Below, piece by piece: positions 55,917 through 64,000 of a stretch of 64,000 bases of DNA. The position numbers and the translations under genes are program-made. The DNA is taken from NCBI RefSeq assembly GCF_006345805.1, contig NC_043004.1, positions 7,192,001-7,256,000 on the forward strand, in the 5' to 3' direction. This stretch comes from Octopus sinensis. Its lineage: Eukaryota. Numbering within the stretch: the first letter of the stretch is position 1; each line of letters starts with the position of its first letter. The notes under the pieces were generated by a model. It saw only the letters and a list, made by a program, of their open reading frames with translations, was not told the origin of the DNA and did no database searches.

Positions 55917-56168
55917 GAAAATGAAATGTAGAATTTTAACTGTTTCTTTCCGAACTATTTCAGCTACCAACTCACTATCTCCCTCTCACTTTTTCTCTCA
56001 TCACCCCCACCTTACTCTATAATTTTCTCCCTCCTTGATTTCTATGCAAGCACTCCTCTTGGCCTAAACACCTTTTGTACATCGATACACTCGATGAGGC
56101 TGAATTATTTTCTATTCTGAATTGTCTTCACATGTTAGTATTTACACTTATCCATATTCCAGACATAT

Positions 56169-56466
56169 GGAGGCACATGGCCTAGTGGTTAGAGCAGCGG
56201 ACTCGCGGTCTAGGGATCGTGGGTTCGAATCTCAGACCGAGCGATGTGTGTGTTTATGAGCGAAACGCTTAAGCTCCACGCGGCTCCGGCAGAAGGTAAT
56301 GGCGAACTTCTGCTGACTCTTTCTCCGCAACCCTCTCTTACTCTTTCCTCCTGCATCTTGCAGCTCACCTGCGACGGACCGGCATCCGTCCAGGTGGGGA
56401 ACCTGTACGCCAAGGAAACCGGGAAACCCGCCCTAATGAGCCAGGCATGGCTCGAGAAGGAACAAA
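56169..56466 (+). mobile_element. Full-length SINE family B
   Basis: A/B boxes TGGCCTAGTGG / GTTCGAATC; 16-bp TSD CATATTCCAGA(C/T)ATAT. Confidence 0.9.
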
Positions 56467-57434
56467 CATATTCCAGATATATAAACACTCCAAACGCTCT
56501 TGACTGTTTTCTTATCCCTGACCAAACCCTTTATCAACCATCTACATCCATTGGATAGTTTGTTCCCTACCAACTCAAGATTTAATTCAGACAATTGGTC
56601 GGAACATTACTAGTTTCATATAGATTATCCATGGCAGGAAGTGTGCTTCACGACAGTTTATACCAAACATGTTAATTTTTCCAAACATCAGTTTAATAAC
56701 GGAAATTTTGTAACGACTGTGCTAACTCGGAAGAAATTATTGGATTCCAGAAAAAAAAAAAATAGAAGATTGAAATTATTCTTCTAGCGATGACCTTTAA
56801 TATTTATGGTAAATGAATGTATAACAACATTTCTGATTGTTATGAGACACGGAACAGAATTAACTGCGTAAGTTTCGTCTTCAATGTCTCGAAAGATAGC
56901 TTTGGCTATTGCTTAACGAGTATGTGTGACCTGATGTATTGTGGGTGCCCATAAGATAATTCATGCATTTATAATATTTTTATTTCACGAGAAATTATTG
57001 CAGATAACTGCTAAATGTTAACTTCAGTATATATTTTCTCTCGCTATAAAATATGAAATTTTGTTCAGAACAACCATACTACTTTTGCACTATGACACAT
57101 TTGCAAAACTAACCAAATACTTTTTCAGACATTGTGTAACATCAAAGCAGCAATTAAATTTTCTCTTGGGATGAATGAGATTCTTGAAAAAACTATTTTT
57201 AATAAAGGAAAAAAGAAGTGAAAGCGAAATACTTTTAAAATAGTAAAACTGTTTTATCTTTAATTAACAAGAAAGTGGATAATTTCCCGGTTTCTTTTTA
57301 TCACAAAATGAAATATTCCTAATCTCTTTTTTGAGATCGCGTCTGATCTCTATTTTTGAGATTGCCACGGTCTATGATTTTCCCAATGAGCTTCAACGGT
57401 TTATATTTCCATTAAACTAATTTTATTCCTTTAG

Positions 57435-57522
57435 AAGTGACTTGTCCTGAAGGGGTACCAGTGCCATGGTGTGCAAGCAATCCATGCCACAATTCAGAAA
57501 TCCCAAATTCTGACATATGCCG
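57435..57522 (+). CDS. Putative internal exon encoding a Cys-rich extracellular module
   Basis: Acceptor TTTTATTCCTTTAG; donor CG|GTAAGT; 88 nt, phase 1 to 2; (E)VTCPEGVPVPWCASNPCHNSEIPNSDIC(R). Confidence 0.7.
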
Positions 57523-58079
57523 GTAAGTTATTGATTTGAATTGATTGAAGTTGTCTGTTTTTACCTGATAAGACTCTTTATCGTCTGACAGTTGTATCAA
57601 ATGTTGGCAACTATAACAAATACTAACGGCTCTAGAAAATTCTAAGAGGAATAAAAAAAAAACTGGATTTAGTTAATTTCTTGTAAAATGAAATATGCTG
57701 AAATGTAATATTGTTAATGTACCTCTTGAAAATTAGCAAGCGATATAGAATAAAAAAATGGTGGGTGAAGTCAGCGATAAATATTTCCTCTCATGCAAGC
57801 CACCAATGTTCTTATAAAGGATTTAGTTGTAGCTTTTACACTTAGTATAAATGCCTTGTCACAAAGAGCTTGTATTATTTTAGAAGTAGCTGGCTGAAAT
57901 TGTAGAGCACTAGTCTAAGTACTTACAATATTTGGTTCCATCGCTTCATCTTCTCATTGCAAGATGTAGCGGGGTTCGTCATTTATCACTTATGGATCAA
58001 TAAAATAAACACATTCAGTAAACTATTCTCTCTTGCTTGAATTGGCCAAATTAGAACCAATTAAAAAGAACTCATTAAA

Positions 58080-58470
58080 GGGAGTGATCTGTCTGAATCA
58101 TTAGTATACCGGATAAAATGCTTAGCGGCATTTCTTCCTATTCCTTACGGTCTAACTTCAAATGCCACCAGCCGACTTTTCCTTTTGCCCTTTGGGGTCA
58201 ATGAAATAAGTATCAGCTTAGTACTGGGGGGGGGGGCGATGTAATCGACCTGTCTCTTTGCTTTGAAAACGCTGACCGTATGCTAAAATATGAAACCATA
58301 TGTAACCATTATTTGTAAGGGAAGTGGGTAGTTGATTACATCGACCCCAGTACTCAACTGGTTTTTATTTTATCGACTCGAAAAGATGAACGGTAAAGTT
58401 GACCTCTGCAGAATTTGAACTCTGAATGTAATGAGCGGGAGGAAATGCATTGAGGATTATGTCCGACGTT
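58080..58470. mobile_element. Two diverged family A SINE fragments in opposite orientation
   Basis: 58080-58290 on + and 58320-58470 on - resemble the family A body. Confidence 0.6.
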
Positions 58471-58740
58471 CTTGTCGTCCTTATGGAGATGTATACTAAA
58501 TAAATGAATAAACAAACTGCAAAACTAATTGCAAGAAATAGCAACAGCTGAAAAACCTTTTGATGATAAACTTTGTTGATCGAAGTCAACCTGGGTCCGT
58601 CCTTCACAAAATAAATGATGACATAAATAGCAGGTTTATCACCTCCAGGAACAGTGTGTCTATCAACAGCAGTTAACAATGTCAGGAAATGAACATCCCA
58701 GTGGAACGATGCTTCTTGCATTATTTTGCATGATTGTAAG

Positions 58741-59350
58741 GTGGCGAGCTGGCAGAAACGTTAGCACGCCGGGGGAAATGCTTAGCGGTATTTCGTCTGC
58801 TGTTATGTTCTGAGTTCAAATTCCGCCGAGGTCGACTTTGCTTTTCGTCCTTTCGGGGTCGATTAAATAAGTACCAGTTACGCACTGAGGTCGATATAAT
58901 CGACTTAATCAGTTTGTCTGTCCTTGTTTGTCTCCTCTGTGTTTAACCCCTTGTGGGTAGTAAAGAAATAGGTATTTCGTCTGCCGCTACGTTCTGAGTT
59001 CAAATTCCGCCGAGGTCGACTTTGCCTTTCATCCTTTCGAGGTCTATAAATTAAGTACCAGTTACGCACTGGGGTCGATGTAATCGACTTAATCTCTTTG
59101 TCTGTCCTCATTTGTCCCCTCTAAGTTTAGCCCCTTGTGGGCAATAAAGAAATAAGAATCGTTAGTACGCCGGGCGAAATTTTTAGCAGTATTTCGTCTG
59201 TCTTTACGTTCTGAGTTCAAATTCCGCCGAGGTCTACTTTATCTTTTATCCTTTCGGGGTTGATAAATTAAGTACCAGTTGCGTATTGGGTTGATCTAAT
59301 CGACTGCCCCCTCCCCCAAAATTTCGAGCCTTGTGCCTAGAGTAGAAAAG
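58741..59350 (+). mobile_element. Family A SINE with three tandem body units
   Basis: Head GGCGAGCTGGCAGAAACGTTAGCAC; body units at about 58787, 58970 and 59189. Confidence 0.85.
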
Positions 59351-60356
59351 AATATTTTGCGTGATTGAGTCTAATTTGCATAGCTCTGGGTTTTGTATAC
59401 TGACACAAGCTGCACTTCATAATGGGGTGATCATAACTTAATTACCGAACTGAAATGGAAATCTTCCCAACAGAGAGAATATGATTTGTTAGTTTTTATA
59501 ATCAAGTTTAATGGCAGTTTGCCACCGTCAATTTTCATTGCCCGATAAACTTTAGTAATTTATTTGGAGGCTGTGAATACCGACAAAACTACCATCACCC
59601 CTCTTCGCCTTTATTTTCTAGATAGAAATTTCAAAAGTTCATTGTTTCAGTTCGCACTTTTAGTCAGAGAAGTTTAGAGAAGCCAACAGTTGCCAAAGTT
59701 TTGTATATGAGTCTGTTTTTCTCTTTTCGCCCTCTTTCTGATTTTCACACACAAACTCATAAGATTAGATCATCACACACACACACACACACACACGCAT
59801 GCACGCACACACACACACACACACGCACGCACACACACACACGCCGCCGCAACGTGTACACACTCATATCAAGCATTACTTCCTGTATGTATGCATGTAT
59901 GCAAAAATATGTATATATATATATATATATGTATATATATCAGTTGAATAAAATTAAAACATGGTCTGGTTTTCACGTTTTTTTTATTATGGTATTTAAA
60001 AAATATAAATTCTTTTACAATGTTGAAGTATGTTAAACATTAAAAAATATTTTTTAACGTTCATAAAGTTCAATTAGCGCTTCCATAAGTTCGTAGTAAT
60101 TATCAGAGTTCAAAATGTATTTAACTGACAGTTGTTGACAACTGTAGCAAAATGACGATTTCTTTTTTTAAAACGTATTTGAAGGCTCCAAGAATACGCT
60201 TTCGGAATATGGTTTTGACCAATCCGCATGCAGCTTAAACGTCACGGTTTGCCCGGCATACAAATATTACTGGTATAGATCCCGCCTTTATCTTAACCAA
60301 TTAGCTTGCAATTTACATGTAACGGTTATACACACACACACATACACACACACACA

Positions 60357-60402
<46 letters not shown>

Positions 60403-60572
60403 AACACATAAATGTGAAACAAGGTGGAAAAAAGAGTACTCAATTACCAGAGGTAGAGTAATATGCTTTATTTAAAAGCAGCAGAAATTTAACAAAAGCT
60501 GTTACTCGGAGTTTCACATATATATATATGTATGTATGTACATATACATACATACATACATACATACATACA

Positions 60573-60603
<31 letters not shown>

Positions 60604-60831
60604 GTATGTATGTATACACATGGACATAGACAGAATGACATACACACACATAACGAATAAACAGAACCTAAAAGATTACTTTAAGATACATGGCATATTT
60701 TATAAATATGTCTGTTCAAGTATCATAATAGGATGAAACTATTAGTAGCTCATTCGGTTGTAATTTAATTTGATATATATGAAAATATATACATATTGCT
60801 TTATGCATACATACATATGTGTATGTGTATA

Positions 60832-62070
60832 GTAGGTTGGAAAGAAAGTCCTATTATGCTTTACGGTGAGAAAGAAACAAACGCTTCTTTTTTCTTAATT
60901 GGTGCATTTAATCAAGAAAATATTATCCCTCATTACAGACAGCATAATTCCAACTATTTGACAAACTGTTGATCCTTCGGGCGGAAAATTCTCCACGCTT
61001 CGAAGCAAATAATCACTTGCTATCATTTTTAACCTCTTCACAATTAGTAAACTGTTTTCCTTCTAAACAATGTTGCAATGATCTGAAAATATGGTAGTCA
61101 GATGGAATAAGGTCAGGAGAGTGAAAATGACGAGGCAAAACTGCTACATTTAGTGCCTCAATCTTTTCCTGAGTGATTTGGGTAATATATGGTCTTGCAC
61201 TATTGTGCAAGATCAACACCCTTTTACAATTTATAAATGATGGGCGTTTTTTCTGCAAATTTTTCTGTAACGTTTCGAATTGACGACAATACTCCTCCGC
61301 ATTAACCGTTTCGTTTTTGGTTAACACTTAACAATAGACGACAGACTTCGTATCCCATCAAATATCGAACATAACTATTTACTGGTGTGGTCCTGGTTTG
61401 GGAATGGACTCTCTTTTTTCATTTGGTGTTAACCATTGTCGTTTACGATGCATATGATTTTAAATAACCCACTTTTCATCACTTCTGATAATTGTACCAA
61501 AGAAAAGTTCCTTAGAGAGTTTACTCTTCAATGATGACCTGAGGGCAACTCTTTGATTAAGCTGAGGAGCAATCAACTGATGAGGAGCCACTGACAAGGT
61601 TTGACACTTTTCGTAGTTCATAGAAGTGTTTTATGATCGCTGCGTGACCTGAATTGAACTGTTTTGATAATTTCATGCAGTTTGATTTGGATTTTCTTTA
61701 ACTACGGTTTTCAGAAGCTCACTATTGACGCTACTTAATCGTCCAGATCGAGGGGAATCTATAAGAGAAAAAATTCCCGAGCGAAACTGGCCAAACCGTC
61801 GTTAGCATGTCCGAGCACTTAAAGCTTCATTTCCATTGTCGGAACAAATATTTCTTGCAGTTGCTATTGCTAAGAACCACTTTTGCATTCATACAGCATG
61901 CAGTGTCATTTTAAAAGGGAAAAATCAACAGGAATTTAACGACCATGGTATAAAGTAATATTCCACGTTGTTAAAATGTAAAGATTAATGCTTATTTTAA
62001 CGTAAGTATAGAAAAACTACCCTCAAAGTGGTCATGTCAAAATTGCGACAGAACTTTCTTTCTAACGTAT
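60832..62070 (-). mobile_element. Full-length decayed mariner
   Basis: Imperfect TIRs GTAGGTTGGAAAGAAAGTCCT / AGAACTTTCTTTCTAACGTAT; LHNSARPY, HSPDLIPSDYHIFRSL. Confidence 0.85.
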
Positions 62071-62300
62071 GTATATAGTTTCGAACTTAATTACTAACCA
62101 ATCACTACCTGAAAGATCTCATGTCAAACACTTTTAGCAGAGACGGAGTGAAGGACCAATATCAAAAACAAATGAATGCACACTGTCTACAACATGCATT
62201 AAGTCACCATGCTTTCGTTTGATAATCCAAAGAGTATATACATACACGCACACACACACACACACACCACACACACACACACACACAAACACATACACAC

Positions 62301-62386
<86 letters not shown>

Positions 62387-62394
<8 letters not shown>

Positions 62395-62475
62395 ATTAGG
62401 GCTTAGTAAAATAAATTACTTTGCCACATACTATGTGGCAAAGTAATTTATTTTACTAAGCCCTAATTATATAAT
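62387..62475. repeat. Perfect palindrome, 44-bp arms with a 1-nt spacer
   Basis: ATTATATAATTAGGG...TTGCCACATA C TATGTGGCAA...CCCTAATTATATAAT; between (TA)n tracts. Confidence 0.95.
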
Positions 62476-62567
62476 GTAATATTTTGAATTCGCCTTAAAT
62501 GGTCCTTTTACATACTGAATACTTGGTGAATTGATTAATAACTAATTAATTTTACCCTCAATTGTTG

Positions 62568-62628
<61 letters not shown>

Positions 62629-62658
62629 CCATCTATCCATTCTTACATACATACATGC

Positions 62659-62990
62659 ATACATGGAACTACCAAAGTATGTGAAAATTTCCAAAAGTTT
62701 AGCTTATAAGAACATATGCACATATTTAGACGTACAGCTGTATAAGTATGCATACATAAAACTGAACAGACTTCCACATACACTGGCTCCAAATACTTGC
62801 ACATGCATGAATGCATGCATGCATACATACATACATACATACATACATACAGAGCATGCATACATACATACGTGGATATATATATACTGTTGATGTTGAA
62901 ATTCCGATGAAGAATCTTTGGATCTAGATTAGAAACCAGCTCTTTCTCCGTTGCTAAGAAATCTAGAAATAAACCTCAATAGTAACACAT
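62659..62990 (+). mobile_element. Short 3' fragment of the R4/Dong-like LINE
   Basis: GTTKVCENFQKFSL* matches GTVNICKTFQKFII* at 52087-52131; 3' UTR matches 52225-52310. Confidence 0.7.
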
Positions 62991-63621
62991 ATACACGCAA
63001 TTATACATACATGCGCACACATAGTTAAAGGGTGTTTAAAACAAACACACCGAATATCAACTGATGAAAGCGCTCACTGCACGGGCAGGATCAGTTATCA
63101 ATAATTTACTGAGAGTGATTTGGAAACCTCGCCAGTGGCTGGACTCTGCTGGTGACATTTATATAGTTAGGTCTTTCTATGATGGGTTGGTGACGTATGT
63201 AATAGGAATAAACCATTCTGTTACTGAAATATAGGAATTAGGTTTGGTAAAGAAGATTTGTTTTTGCTTTGGTATGAAGGAATATATGCATGGTGAAATT
63301 AAGAGATATAGACGATGAAAGGGAAGAAAAGACGATGAAACCCAAGAAGACTAAGACGAGGAAGTCTTTCTTTTTTCTCTTTTTTTTACTCTTATTTTTC
63401 CTTATTCTTCTTTTCCTCTTTCTGCTCCTTCGCTTTTATTCCCTTCTTTATATTTTTCTTTAACTAATTTGTAATCCTTCAAACTAAAGAAACTGTCAGT
63501 CTTCTTTACCGAACCCTTCAATTCCAATAGTTCAATAGGAGAATTGCAAATCCAAATTCAAAGACCTAATCATATATACGGCACTAGCAGAGTACATTAC
63601 ATTTTGCAATCCCCTGGAGAA

Positions 63622-63840
63622 AGGCGGCGAGCTGGCAGAACGTTAGCACGCCGGGCGAAACGCTTAGCGGTATTTCATCTGTCTTTACGTTCTGAGTTCA
63701 AATTCCACCGAGGTCGACTTTGCCTTTCATCCTTTCGAGGTCGATAAATTAAGTACCAGTTACGTACTGGGTGGATCTAATCGACTGGCCCCCTTACTAA
63801 AAATGTCGGGCATTTTTTTTTTGTGCCCAGAGTACAAAAG
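63622..63840 (+). mobile_element. Family A SINE, full length
   Basis: tRNA-like head plus CTTTCATCCTTTCGAGGTCGATAAATTAAGTACCAG central block. Confidence 0.85.
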
Positions 63841-64000
63841 GATATAAACTACCGGAGAATCTTTGAAGTGACTATCAATACAATTATATATATACATATA
63901 CATACATACCTACCCACACAAACACACATACACACGTACGTACGTACGTATGTATGTATGCATGCATATATCTAAAATTGAGTGTTTTTGGACGAAAGAA

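Noticed and set aside
56580-57350. Possible hAT/SPIN-like relic
   Set aside because: Only a vague W..Y..VC pattern; not enough to support a call.
63061-63110. CUGAUGA hammerhead core
   Set aside because: No stem II followed by GAAA.

Overview
Eukaryotic, AT-rich, repeat-saturated animal DNA. The tRNA-derived SINE families, RTE LINE and microsatellite density point to an octopus/cephalopod genome (inference). Almost all predicted ORFs are microsatellite read-through or transposon debris. Real content: two phase-compatible + strand exons (34177-34252, signal peptide; 57435-57522, Cys-rich module) of a probable secreted protein; a near-intact hAT transposon; four mariner copies and one Tc1-like relic; a Helitron RepHel relic and two non-autonomous Helitrons; RTE, CR1/L2, CRE-like and R4/Dong-like LINE fragments; MITEs; a probable solo LTR; many SINEs; and at least five Penelope-like elements. 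The most interesting layer is RNA structure. Minimal type I hammerhead ribozyme motifs with short palindromic stem III sit in Penelope-type terminal repeats and in fold-back palindromes next to (TA)n tracts. They include one canonical copy and candidate core variants (G3-C8 swap in two copies, U3-A8, U6, C4). A ~16.5 kb stack of elements also appears to be nested inside the microsatellite of one SINE. All calls were made by eye; no searches or folding programs were run.
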